DNA from: Deltaproteobacteria bacterium | GTDB taxonomy: Bacteria; Desulfobacterota; Deferrisomatia; Deferrisomatales; BM512 | Length of the DNA: 64,000 nucleotides | NCBI GenBank assembly: GCA_002869015.1 | Contig: PKTT01000031.1 | Span: 95 to 64,094, forward strand | Direction: 5' to 3' | Part shown: positions 9,420-20,182 of the stretch, piece after piece | Numbering within the stretch: position 1 is the stretch's first letter | Layout: every line of letters begins with the position of its first letter | Translations under genes and position numbers: made by a program | Notes under the pieces: generated by a model | What the model saw: only the letters and a program-made list of their open reading frames with translations | Told to the model about the DNA's origin: nothing | Databases searched by the model: none

Positions 9420-11450
9420 TTATCCCTGCGTGTGGTCGTAGCGGCAAAAGGACATGGTGAAGGTGCCGCGCCCCTGGGTGGATGAGCGAAGATCCGTGGA
9501 GTAGCCGAACATCCTCCTAAGCGGGACGAGGGCCGTAATTTCCGAGGAGTTGAGCACGGACTCGACCCCCTGCACCTCCCCCTTCCTCGCGTTGACGTCG
9601 CCTATCACATCGCCGAGGTTCTCCTCTGGCACGACGATCTTCACCTCCATCAGAGGTTCAAGCTCGACGGGCCCTGCGCCGCGCATCGCCTCCGATATCG
9701 CCTGCGCCACGGAGACCTTTACGCTCATCTCGGAGAGGGTAGACTCCTCACCCTCAACAGCGAGCACCGATACGGTGACATCCTCCACGGGAAAACCTGC
9801 TATGCCTGTGTAAAGCGCCTCTTTAACGGCGCTCTCCACGATCGCGACATACTGCGGGTGCGCCTCGCCGATGGAGGGGTTAATCTCTATCGAGTTGCCG
9901 TTGCCGCGTCCGGAGGATGCTACCCGCACCTTGGCGGAGGCGGCATGCCTGTTGTCGCCGAGGACGCGGTCAAAGGTTGCGCTGCCCTCCGCGGAGCCGG
10001 TGACAGACTCCTTGCAGACGACCTGGGGTTTGCCCACTGTAACGCCGACGTTAAACTCCTCCTCCATGCGCGTGACCACTACCTCAAGGTGCAGCTCGCC
10101 CATGCCGGAGATGATCGTCTGGCCCGTCTCCGCATTGGCTTCCAGCTTGAAGGTGGGGTCCTCCTCCTGAATACGCTGGAACGCTTCGAGCATCTTCTCC
10201 TCGTCCTGGGTGCGCTTTGGCTCTACGGCGATGGAGATTACCGGATCGGCGAAGGCTATAGTCTCAAGGAGCAGCGGGTGGTTCTGGTCGCAGAGGGTAT
10301 CGCCGGTGGTGGTCCATTTAAGCCCGGTGAGGGCAAGGATATCACCCGCGTGAGCCTCCTCGACGCGCTCTTTCTTGTCGGCGTGCACGGAGAGGATTGC
10401 GGCGGGCTTCTCCACCCTGTCGCGGGTGGCGTTGTAGAGCCGCCCGCCCTTATAAACGCCTGAGTAGACGCGTATGTAGGTCATTTTGCGCCCCGAGTCC
10501 TGCTGTAGCTTGAAGGCCAGCGCGCTGAAGGGCTCCTCCAGGGTAGGCTTTCGCACCTCGACCTCATCGGTCTTGGGGTGTTTGCCCTCTACCGGGCGGG
10601 CCTCGCCGGGGCTCGGGAGGTAATCGACTACGCAGTCGAGGAGCGGCTGCACCCCCTTGTTTCTAAGGGCGGTGCCGCAAAGTATCGGGACAACCTGCCC
10701 CTTCAGGGTCGCTTTGCGGATGGCGTCTTTCAATACCTCTACGGAGGGCCACTCCCCTTCGAGATAAGCCTCGGCGACCTCATCGTTGTAGTCTGCGAGG
10801 GTCTCCATCAAAACCTCACGGCCCTTCTCCAATAGGGGCAGTGTCGCCTCATCGGGCTCGGAGATCGTCATCGTCGCCCCGAGGGAGGAATCCTCCCAGG
10901 TGCGTACGCGCCCCTCCACCAGGTCAACAATCCCCGCAAAGTCAGATTCAGCGCCGATGGGCCAGAAGAGCGGCAGCGGCTTTGTACGCAGCTTATCCCT
11001 CAGGGAGGCCATTGCCCGCTCAAAATCCGCGCCTATGCGGTCCATCTTGTTGATGAAGGAGATCGTCGGGACATGGTAGGCGATGGACTGACGCCAGATG
11101 GTCTCAGTCTGCGGCTGCACCCCGGCGACGGCGTCGAGCACGAGGACAACTCCATCCAGAACTCTCAGGGAGCGCTCCACCTCAACGGTGAAGTCTACGT
11201 GTCCGGGGGTATCGATAAGGTGGAGGTCGTAGCCGTTCCATTCGACGCGGGTGGTCGCGGCGGTGATTGTTATGCCGCGCTCCTGCTCCTGCTTCATCCA
11301 GTCCATAACCGCTGCGCCGTCGTGCACCTCGCCGATCTTGTGCGTGCGCCCCGTATAGTAGAGCACGCGCTCGGTGATCGTCGTCTTCCCGGCGTCTATG
11401 TGGGCGAAGATGCCGAAGTTTCGTATCTTCTCCATCCTTACTTTACTCAT
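9420..11450 (-). CDS. fusA: Elongation factor G family GTPase; stand-alone, so probably an EF-G2-type paralogue
   Basis: Contains AHIDAGKTT, DTPGH and NKMD G-motifs and a full five-domain length of 676 aa. It is not flanked by rpsL/rpsG/tuf. Confidence 0.9.
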   Translation of the reverse strand: MSKVRMEKIRNFGIFAHIDAGKTTITERVLYYTGRTHKIGEVHDGAAVMDWMKQEQERGITITAATTRVEWNGYDLHLIDTPGHVDFTVEVERSLRVLDGVVLVLDAVAGVQPQTETIWRQSIAYHVPTISFINKMDRIGADFERAMASLRDKLRTKPLPLFWPIGAESDFAGIVDLVEGRVRTWEDSSLGATMTISEPDEATLPLLEKGREVLMETLADYNDEVAEAYLEGEWPSVEVLKDAIRKATLKGQVVPILCGTALRNKGVQPLLDCVVDYLPSPGEARPVEGKHPKTDEVEVRKPTLEEPFSALAFKLQQDSGRKMTYIRVYSGVYKGGRLYNATRDRVEKPAAILSVHADKKERVEEAHAGDILALTGLKWTTTGDTLCDQNHPLLLETIAFADPVISIAVEPKRTQDEEKMLEAFQRIQEEDPTFKLEANAETGQTIISGMGELHLEVVVTRMEEEFNVGVTVGKPQVVCKESVTGSAEGSATFDRVLGDNRHAASAKVRVASSGRGNGNSIEINPSIGEAHPQYVAIVESAVKEALYTGIAGFPVEDVTVSVLAVEGEESTLSEMSVKVSVAQAISEAMRGAGPVELEPLMEVKIVVPEENLGDVIGDVNARKGEVQGVESVLNSSEITALVPLRRMFGYSTDLRSSTQGRGTFTMSFCRYDHTQG

Positions 11451-11486
11451 ATTGCGTTATTGCCTTTCACGCGCCTTTCGGGCGCA

Positions 11487-12119
11487 TCATTCATTAAAAA
11501 GATCATAGCGGGGAGAGAGCGCATCCTCTATGAGTATGTGCCCGGCGAGGGTCTCACTCACCTTGCCGCCAACCAGAAAGCGCACCCGCTCAACCCCCTC
11601 AACATTCTCGACAAGGGTATCGACCATAGAGTAGACGGCGAGGAGCTCCCCCGAAGACCCCCATGAGCGCACCTCATCAAAGGCAGGCTCAAGGTCGACG
11701 ACAAGCTCTCCCTTGCTCCCTAAATATACTTCTCGCGCAGCCGCGCCCTCCGGCAGTGGGGCAGCTTCTCCGCTTCCGGGTGTCTGCGCCAACATGGGGA
11801 TGAGCTTTTTGGCTAACGCAGGCGCTGATCCTGCGGGTGTTATATTCCGCTTCACGGGGACAAGGCGGGTCCATTTGGGGTCGGCGTAATAGAGGATCAC
11901 CTCCCGCTCGGTGCTCTCCTTGGACAATCCCTCCTTGATTATTTTCACCTGCCGGGAAACCTCTCCCTTGAGGGTTTCAACCGTGGAGGGGCTGAAATAA
12001 TAGAGGTAGCCGCCTACGACGGCGAACCCAACGATGAGAAAGAAGGTGAAGAGGTAGAGCCCGGCGCTTGACTTCTTTGCGCGGCGTTTTACAGCGCTCT
12101 TCCTTTTCTTGGCGGCCAT
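11487..12119 (-). CDS. Membrane-anchored GerMN-domain protein
   Basis: A basic N-terminus and one TM helix are followed by a GerM-like pattern (VILYYAD...LVPV, ELVVDL, AVYSMVDTL, VRFLVGG). Confidence 0.6.
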   Translation of the reverse strand: MAAKKRKSAVKRRAKKSSAGLYLFTFFLIVGFAVVGGYLYYFSPSTVETLKGEVSRQVKIIKEGLSKESTEREVILYYADPKWTRLVPVKRNITPAGSAPALAKKLIPMLAQTPGSGEAAPLPEGAAAREVYLGSKGELVVDLEPAFDEVRSWGSSGELLAVYSMVDTLVENVEGVERVRFLVGGKVSETLAGHILIEDALSPRYDLFNE

Positions 12120-12314
12120 AAACTACTCCGGTGCTTTGCGTTTTATATTGTGCGGCCATGCCGCGTCCGGTGGGGAATATAGCACAAGAGGGGCGTTGAT
12201 TTACAGAAACTCTTTCTTGGGGAGGGGGTATGGGGAGCTTTAACCCGGCATATCTTCTGGGTGCATGTGCGCGTTATTTAATTAACGCCAAAGGAGTGCT
12301 CGGATTGGGTGGAG

Positions 12315-12494
12315 CTAACCTTTCATCCGGGGGAGGTGGAGAATATAGAGCGCAAAGATAGCGACGAAGTTGAAAGCGTAGGCAAAGGCCCATGAGAGAA
12401 ACCCTTCATGCGCAAAACTTTCCTTCTCAACTATTCCCGAGCCAAGCCCTCTTTTAAGGAGCTGGAGGCGGGCTTCCGATTCCATGTGACTCAT
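12315..12494 (-). CDS. Small (59 aa) hypothetical tail-anchored membrane protein
   Basis: It falls below the ORF-track cutoff and was read by hand: AAGAGGA Shine-Dalgarno, then ATG at 12494, MSHMESEARLQLLKRG...FNFVAIFALYILHLPRMKG, and a TAG at 12317..12315. No family was recognised. Confidence 0.3.
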   Translation of the reverse strand: MSHMESEARLQLLKRGLGSGIVEKESFAHEGFLSWAFAYAFNFVAIFALYILHLPRMKG

Positions 12495-12608
12495 TTTTTA
12501 TCCTCTTTATATTTGGTAAGTTCAATTTATGGGTGAAGGATAGCCGTGGAGTCACCAAAATCAAAATTAATTATTGCCATCCTGCATTAGCGCATCTAAT
12601 ATCTAAAT

Positions 12609-13502
12609 ATGCTCGACTACAAACTCATTGAAGCACTCGCGATGGTCGTCCGGGAGGGAGGCTTCGAGAAGGCGGCGAAGACCCTCCTCATAACCCAATC
12701 CGCGGTCTCCCAGAGGGTGAGGAACCTTGAGGACCAGCTGGGGATGCCGCTCATTATCCGCGCTAATCCACCCAAGGCCACCGCCGTAGGAAGCGCACTT
12801 GTCGCCCACTACACCAAGGTCACCCAGCTTGAGCGCGACCTGGAGAGCGCCCTCGACCTTTCGACTCAGGCCGAGTTTCTCGCGTTGCCAATCGGAGTAA
12901 ATGAGGATTCGCTCTCGCTCTGGTTTATGAACGCGATCACCCCGCTGGTTAAGGACCGAAACTTCACCCTTCACATATCAGTCGACGATCAGGATGAGAC
13001 GCTAAAACTTTTAAAGGCGGGGCAGGTGCTAGGGTGCATCTCCTCCATCAAGGAGCCGCTGCAGGGGTGCTCCTCAATCTTTCTCGGCAAGGTGGTCTAC
13101 CATTGCCTGGCAAGCGAGGAGTTCATGGAGCGTTGGTTCAAGGATGGAGTGACGGCCGAGGGGATCCGCACCGCTCCGGTGGTGCTCTTCACGCCGCGGG
13201 ACATGAGCCACAACCTCTATATAGAGCGGGTCCTCGGCCTGCCGCCGACACCCTACCCTCATCACTTCATACCCTCCATCATAGGTTTTGAGGCTGCGAT
13301 AAAAAACGGTCTGGGGTATGGTCTATTGCCGCACATACAATCGGGGCGGCTACTTTCCTCCGGCGAGACGGTGGAGATAGTGCCCGGAAAGACCTTAGAC
13401 ATAGACCTCTACTGGCACCATTGGGACCTCAAGGCAGGGCCCATAAGGGAGCTTACAGGGGAGATAGTAACCTTCGCGCGGGAGGTGCTCCCGCAGAGGT
13501 AG
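12609..13502 (+). CDS. LysR-family transcriptional regulator, ArgP/LysG-like
   Basis: The N-terminal HTH (FEKAAKTLLITQSAVSQRVRNLEDQLGMPLIIR) closely parallels ArgP/IciA. The length is 297 aa. Confidence 0.85.
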   Translation: MLDYKLIEALAMVVREGGFEKAAKTLLITQSAVSQRVRNLEDQLGMPLIIRANPPKATAVGSALVAHYTKVTQLERDLESALDLSTQAEFLALPIGVNEDSLSLWFMNAITPLVKDRNFTLHISVDDQDETLKLLKAGQVLGCISSIKEPLQGCSSIFLGKVVYHCLASEEFMERWFKDGVTAEGIRTAPVVLFTPRDMSHNLYIERVLGLPPTPYPHHFIPSIIGFEAAIKNGLGYGLLPHIQSGRLLSSGETVEIVPGKTLDIDLYWHHWDLKAGPIRELTGEIVTFAREVLPQR

Positions 13503-13515
13503 ATGGAGCATTTTT

Positions 13516-14295
13516 ATGGATTCAAATGAGTACGGCGGCAAATTCAGCCGCCTTGTGGATATTGTTGCAAAACTTCGCGCGCCCGACGGCTGCCCTTGGG
13601 ACAGGGAGCAGACCCCCGAGACGATCCTCCCCTACCTCATTGAGGAGACATATGAAGCGGTGGAGGCGATTGAAAATTCAGACGCCCCCCATCTTTGCGA
13701 GGAACTTGGAGACCTGCTGCTTGAGGTGACGTTGCTCGCCCAGATGCACGCTGAGCGCGGCGACTTTACCGTAGCGGATTCCCTTGATTCTATCTGCGAA
13801 AAGCTTATACGCAGACACCCCCATGTCTTTGGCGAGGAGTCGGCGGATGACTCGGAGACGATCCAGAAGAACTGGACGAGGATAAAAGCGGAGGAGAAGC
13901 CGGGCCGTTCTTTGCTCGGCGGCGTCCCCCGCTCCCTGCCCGCCCTTCACAGGGCGCGGCGCGCATCTGAAAAAGCCGCCACGGTCGGCTTTGACTGGTC
14001 CCACGCCGAGGAGGTAGTCGAGAAGCTGGATGAGGAGCTTGCCGAGCTAAGGGAGGCTATGGCGCTCCGAGACCAGTCCAATATGGAGGAGGAGCTTGGC
14101 GACGTGCTCTTCGCCGTTGTCAATATCGCCCGGCACCTTAAGATCGACGCCGAATCCGCGCTTCACCGCACAACGGAGAAGTTCACCAGCCGCTTCAACT
14201 ACATAGAAGAGACCTTAAAAGCCAGAGGCATAGACCCAGCCGCCGCCTCCCTTGAGGAGATGGAGCGCCTCTGGCAGGAGGCTAAGAGGGATTAG
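13516..14295 (+). CDS. mazG: Nucleoside triphosphate pyrophosphohydrolase MazG
   Basis: Contains GCPWDREQT, EETYE and ELGDLL motifs in a tandem MazG-domain arrangement. Confidence 0.9.
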   Translation: MDSNEYGGKFSRLVDIVAKLRAPDGCPWDREQTPETILPYLIEETYEAVEAIENSDAPHLCEELGDLLLEVTLLAQMHAERGDFTVADSLDSICEKLIRRHPHVFGEESADDSETIQKNWTRIKAEEKPGRSLLGGVPRSLPALHRARRASEKAATVGFDWSHAEEVVEKLDEELAELREAMALRDQSNMEEELGDVLFAVVNIARHLKIDAESALHRTTEKFTSRFNYIEETLKARGIDPAAASLEEMERLWQEAKRD

Positions 14296-14298
14296 CGG

Positions 14299-15894
14299 TT
14301 ACTCTCGCCCTCGAAGACGGGCGACGAGTTCGCCAAGGTCAGCCAGCCTCAAGGCTTTTGTCGCAAGGGCGTAGGCCAGCGCCCCAAAGGCGACGAGGGG
14401 CAGAACCAGCAAACCACGAATCACCGTCCCTGCCCCGCTGCCATGCCACACCGGCAGGTAAAGAGCGGCGCTGTATACCAGGGCTGACATCAGTAGGGCC
14501 GCGGCCAGCATCCTCACCATCGGGTCAAAGAGCCCGTCAAAGGGGCTCTCCCCAGTCTTTTCCTTGAACTTTACCGCCAGCCACCAGGCATTGACGCCGG
14601 AGGAGACCGCCGTCGCAAGCGCCAGCCCCCCATGCTCAAGGCCAAGTGGAAAGGCGAAGAGGATGCTCGCCGCGAGGTTGACGATAAGGGCCAAGGCTGC
14701 GGCTTTGACCGGTGTTTTAGTATCCTTAAGAGCATAAAACGCCTGCGCCAATACCCGCGTCGTCGCAACGGGCACCATCGCCAGCGCGTAAAATCTCAGC
14801 GCCGCCGCCACGTCGACGCTCATCGCCGGGGTGAAGCGCCCCCGCTGGAAGAGCAGCGCCACTATGGGCTCGGCGAGGGCGAGCAGCCCAACCGACGCCG
14901 GGAGCACCACGAACCATAGCAGCCTCGTCGAGTGGCGCACCGTCTGGTGGTAGGCGGGCCAATCCTCTCTTGCCGCAAGGCGGCTCAGGCTCGGGAGGGA
15001 TGCGACCCCCACGGATACCGCGAAGACCCCAAGGGGCAGCTGGAAGAGCCGCTCGGCGTAATAGAGGAAGGATACCGCCCCCTCCCTCAGCCAGGAGGCC
15101 AGGAAGGTCGAGATGACAAGGTTCAGCTGGTAAACCGCGACGCCGAAGACCGAGGGGCCGAGAATAAGGAGCATCCTCTTTAGCGCGGGGTCACTGAACT
15201 CAAAGGAGGGCGAGTAGCGAAAGCCAGTGCGGCCGAGGGGCTTAACCTGTAGCAAAAATTGGCTTACCCCGCCAAGGATTACTCCGTAGGCCAGCGATAC
15301 CACCGGCGTCTCCATGAATGGAGAGAGGGCCAGCGCCGAGAGAATTATGAATACATTGAGGAGCACCGGGGCAAGGGCCGGGTATAGAAAGGTTCCCCTG
15401 GCATTCAGTATCCCCCCCGCCAGCGCGGTTAGCGATACAAGCCCGATGTAGGGAAAGACCATCCTCGCGAGCCTTACGGTCAGGTCAAACTTCTCCGGGT
15501 TGCGCGCAAAGCCCATCGCGAGGACCTTTACGATCCAGGGCGCGAGGAACACCCCGGCGATTACAACCAAGAGGAGGGTGATGGCGAGCAGGGTAAAGCA
15601 TATACGCCCGAAGCGGTGCGAAGCCTCCTCCCCCTCCTTCTCCAGCACCTCCGAATAGACGGGGACAAACGCCGCCGAGAGGCTACCCTCGGCGAAGAGT
15701 GAGCGGAGCATATTCGGCAGTCTGAAGGCGACGAAGAATGCGTCCATCGCTCCGCCAGCCCCAAAGAATCCGGCGGTGATGACGTCGCGCAAGAGGCCGA
15801 GTATGCGTGAGAGCATCGTCGCGGAGGAGAGCACCCCCACCGCCCGCGCGATCTTTCCCGCCTCCGACCTTGCCGCGTCCTTTATTTCGCTCAT
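14299..15894 (-). CDS. murJ: Lipid II flippase MurJ (MviN)
   Basis: A 531-aa polytopic protein whose N-terminus (SRILGLLRDVITAGFFGAG...DAFFVAFRLPNMLR) is diagnostic of MurJ. Confidence 0.9.
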   Translation of the reverse strand: MSEIKDAARSEAGKIARAVGVLSSATMLSRILGLLRDVITAGFFGAGGAMDAFFVAFRLPNMLRSLFAEGSLSAAFVPVYSEVLEKEGEEASHRFGRICFTLLAITLLLVVIAGVFLAPWIVKVLAMGFARNPEKFDLTVRLARMVFPYIGLVSLTALAGGILNARGTFLYPALAPVLLNVFIILSALALSPFMETPVVSLAYGVILGGVSQFLLQVKPLGRTGFRYSPSFEFSDPALKRMLLILGPSVFGVAVYQLNLVISTFLASWLREGAVSFLYYAERLFQLPLGVFAVSVGVASLPSLSRLAAREDWPAYHQTVRHSTRLLWFVVLPASVGLLALAEPIVALLFQRGRFTPAMSVDVAAALRFYALAMVPVATTRVLAQAFYALKDTKTPVKAAALALIVNLAASILFAFPLGLEHGGLALATAVSSGVNAWWLAVKFKEKTGESPFDGLFDPMVRMLAAALLMSALVYSAALYLPVWHGSGAGTVIRGLLVLPLVAFGALAYALATKALRLADLGELVARLRGRE

Positions 15895-16007
15895 CGCCGC
15901 CCTGAAGATTTGATAGACTTTGGATAAAGCACCCTCAACCCCGCCCTGCCGTTGGAGATTATCACGGATGGACGCGGGGGCTAAGTAAAATCACTGGAGA
16001 ATCACGA

Positions 16008-17465
16008 GTGGCGAATCTGCTTTGTATCTTCGCTAAGTGCCCGGCTCCCGGCAGGGTAAAGACCCGCCTCGCGCTGGATATCGGCGAGTGGGCGGCGACC
16101 GAGCTCTACCGGGCGATGCTCTTCGACATCGAGAGCGCCTTCGAGGCAGCGCCCTTCGAGGCGCGCTGGTGGGTTTCACCCGACATGGAAGGGTTCAGCC
16201 GGGAGGTCGGCACCGCCCTTCCCGTAAGGTTGCAGCGAGGTGGCGACCTCGGCGCGCGCCTCAGCGAAGCCTTTGAGGAGGGGTTCGCTGAGGGAAGAGA
16301 GCGCATCGCAGTTATAGGCGCGGACTGCCCTGCCCTCGGCGTAAAGGAGGTCCAGTCACTGTTTAAAGCCCTTGCCGACAGTGACCTTGCGATAATCCCC
16401 GCTCTCGATGGCGGCTATGCGGCCCTAGCGCTAAAAACCCCCTGCCCCGCCATTTTCGAGGGGGTTGAGTGGTCCTCCACGCGCACCCTTGAGCAGACCC
16501 TCGCCCGTGCAAGGGAAGCGGGGCTCTCGGTGGCGCTCCTCCCCACCCTTGACGATATCGACGATCTGCCATCTCTAAGAGCCCTCCTTGATGGCAGCCA
16601 GGGGCGTGGGAGCGGAGAGGCCAAAAGGACCCTTGCAACCCTTGAAGCGCTTGGCTTCAAAGGCGGCAACCTTCCGGTTATTGATGACCACGGCTCCATC
16701 CTCGACAGTGGCAAGCCACCAAAGCGGATAATCTCCCTCGTCCCCTCGATAACGGAGACACTCTTTGACTTGGGGGTGGGCGAAAGGGTCGTCGGGCGTA
16801 CGGATTTTTGCATCTACCCCGAGGATGCGGTTAAAAAGATCCCCTCCATAGGAGGGCCGAAGGACTTTGACCCGGCGGCTGTAATAGCCCTTGAACCAAG
16901 CCTTGTCCTCTGCGATGCGGAGGAGAACTACAAAGAGGGCGTAGAGGCACTGAAAGCGGCTGGGGTAAATGTCTTCATCGCCCTGCCCAGAACCCTCCCC
17001 GGCGTAGCCTCGCTGCTCATAAGGTGGGGGCGGCTCCTTGGAGCGGAAGCTCGGGCGCAAAAGTGCGCGCAGGAAATCCTCGACATAATTGGTGAAGAAG
17101 ATAAGGAACGCGCCTCCGTCCTATGCCCGATCTGGCGAGACCCCTGGATGAGCTTCTCCGACGAGACCTACTGCGGCGCAGTTCTAAGGGGTGCGGGCCT
17201 CCACAATATCACGGGGGGCCTCCCTGAGAGCTACCCGGAGCTTGGCCTGGAGCGCCTCTCCGTGGAGGAGGGCACGCTCCTGCTCATGCCCTCCGAGCCC
17301 TACCCATTTACCGAAGAGGACGCCGAAGAGGCCGCCGAAATACTGCCCTTCGCGGCGAAAATCCTCTTTCCCGGTGAGTGGCTTACGTGGTACGGCGCGC
17401 GCACCGCAAAAAGAGTGAAAGCGCTCGCTGAACTCATCGATAGAGAAAAAGCACGAGTTCACTAG
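16008..17465 (+). CDS. Fusion protein: N-terminal DUF2064/TIGR04282-like nucleotidyl-/glycosyl-transferase fold plus a C-terminal BtuF/TroA-like binding domain with no signal peptide
   Basis: The N-terminus (LLCIFAKCPAPGRVKTRLA) matches DUF2064. The C-terminus (RIISLVPSITETLFDLGVGERVVGRTDFCIYP...LEPSLVL) matches class III periplasmic-binding-protein (cobalamin/siderophore) domains. Confidence 0.75.
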   Translation: MANLLCIFAKCPAPGRVKTRLALDIGEWAATELYRAMLFDIESAFEAAPFEARWWVSPDMEGFSREVGTALPVRLQRGGDLGARLSEAFEEGFAEGRERIAVIGADCPALGVKEVQSLFKALADSDLAIIPALDGGYAALALKTPCPAIFEGVEWSSTRTLEQTLARAREAGLSVALLPTLDDIDDLPSLRALLDGSQGRGSGEAKRTLATLEALGFKGGNLPVIDDHGSILDSGKPPKRIISLVPSITETLFDLGVGERVVGRTDFCIYPEDAVKKIPSIGGPKDFDPAAVIALEPSLVLCDAEENYKEGVEALKAAGVNVFIALPRTLPGVASLLIRWGRLLGAEARAQKCAQEILDIIGEEDKERASVLCPIWRDPWMSFSDETYCGAVLRGAGLHNITGGLPESYPELGLERLSVEEGTLLLMPSEPYPFTEEDAEEAAEILPFAAKILFPGEWLTWYGARTAKRVKALAELIDREKARVH

Positions 17466-17601
17466 CAATAAAGGCGATCTTTTTTTGGATAACAAAGGAA
17501 TAGCGCTTGTGTCCGCCTTCGATTCACGATAAATTTTTTAGCCAAGGGAAAATCAGTCAATACGCAATCTTTTAATTATTCCAAACCAGCAGGAGGGGAA
17601 A

Positions 17602-17874
17602 ATGAACAAAGCGGAACTCATCCAGAGCGTAGCCGCAGCGGCGGAACTCAAAGGCAAAGAAGCTGAAGCACTCATGGGTGCCTTCATCGACTCAGTAAGC
17701 GACGCCCTCAAAGGCGGCGACAAAGTAGCACTAACCGGCTTCGGCACCTTCTCCGTAGGAGAGCGCAAAGCCCGCACCGGCCGTAACCCCCAGACCGGCG
17801 CAGAGATCAAAATCCCCGCCTCCAAGGCCCCCCGCTTCTCCGCGGGCAAAGCCTTCAAGGACGCCCTCAAATAA
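17602..17874 (+). CDS. hup: Nucleoid protein HU (DNA-binding protein HU/IHF family)
   Basis: MNKAELI...GFGTFSVGERKARTGRNPQTGAEIKIPASKAPRFSAGKAFKDALK, 90 aa. Confidence 0.95.
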   Translation: MNKAELIQSVAAAAELKGKEAEALMGAFIDSVSDALKGGDKVALTGFGTFSVGERKARTGRNPQTGAEIKIPASKAPRFSAGKAFKDALK

Positions 17875-17900
17875 AGAGGCACTCCTGCTAGAATGAACCA

Positions 17901-17938
17901 AGGCCGCTTCAACACGAAGCGGCCTTTTTTTATTTTTG
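17901..17938 (+). terminator. Rho-independent terminator after HU
   Basis: A perfect 10-bp stem (AGGCCGCTTC/GAAGCGGCCT) with a 5-nt loop, followed by a T-run. Confidence 0.85.
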
Positions 17939-18290
17939 TAAGGTGGGCATGGCTCACCAATTGATAATATTTCGGAGGTTTCACCCCCTGCTCCCCCTTT
18001 GCCACTTTTGTTTGCGCAAAAGTGCCACAAAACGCAGGCCTTCGGATGCGCGCTGCTACACGACCGTGAGCTTAAAGGAATTGAGCGCAAAACTCGGCTC
18101 GCGATGCTCGCCTCAAACAGAATGCGCTCTGCTTATGAAATGCCGCTCACTCGCCCATCCAATAGCCCGTTAGAAAAATCCGACAAACGTAAGTTTGATT
18201 GAGAGGCAGCTTAAATCCTAAAATTCCAACCATCTGAACAAAAAAATTTTCGGCTTTTCATTTGATTCAATTAGATCTTTCTGTTTGCGA

Positions 18291-18327
18291 AAAATAAAAG
18301 AGCCGCCCTTTTGGACGGCTCTTTTTA
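18291..18327 (-). terminator. Rho-independent terminator after pckA, flanked by A/T runs on both sides
   Basis: A stem (AAAGAGCCG...CGGCTCTTT) with a T-run on the minus strand (TTTTATTTTTCG), immediately downstream of the pckA stop. Confidence 0.75.
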
Positions 18328-18361
18328 TGTGCGTGAAGTGGGGCGTGGCCCACGGCTTCTA

Positions 18362-19975
<1,614 letters not shown>

Positions 19976-20182
19976 CTCCTCACGGATTCAAACAAAGAAA
20001 GGATAAGATACATCGAAAAGGCGTTTTAAAGACGAAGAAATTTAACATGGTCGTCACATGAAAACAGCAACTTTTTTTCAAAAAATCACTTTTCTGTAAC
20101 TTGATAGCTTTGGCAATCATCTATACACTTAGAAAGTTAGTAGTGCTTTCCAACTACCCCATGATTACGGGAAGGATGTTAC

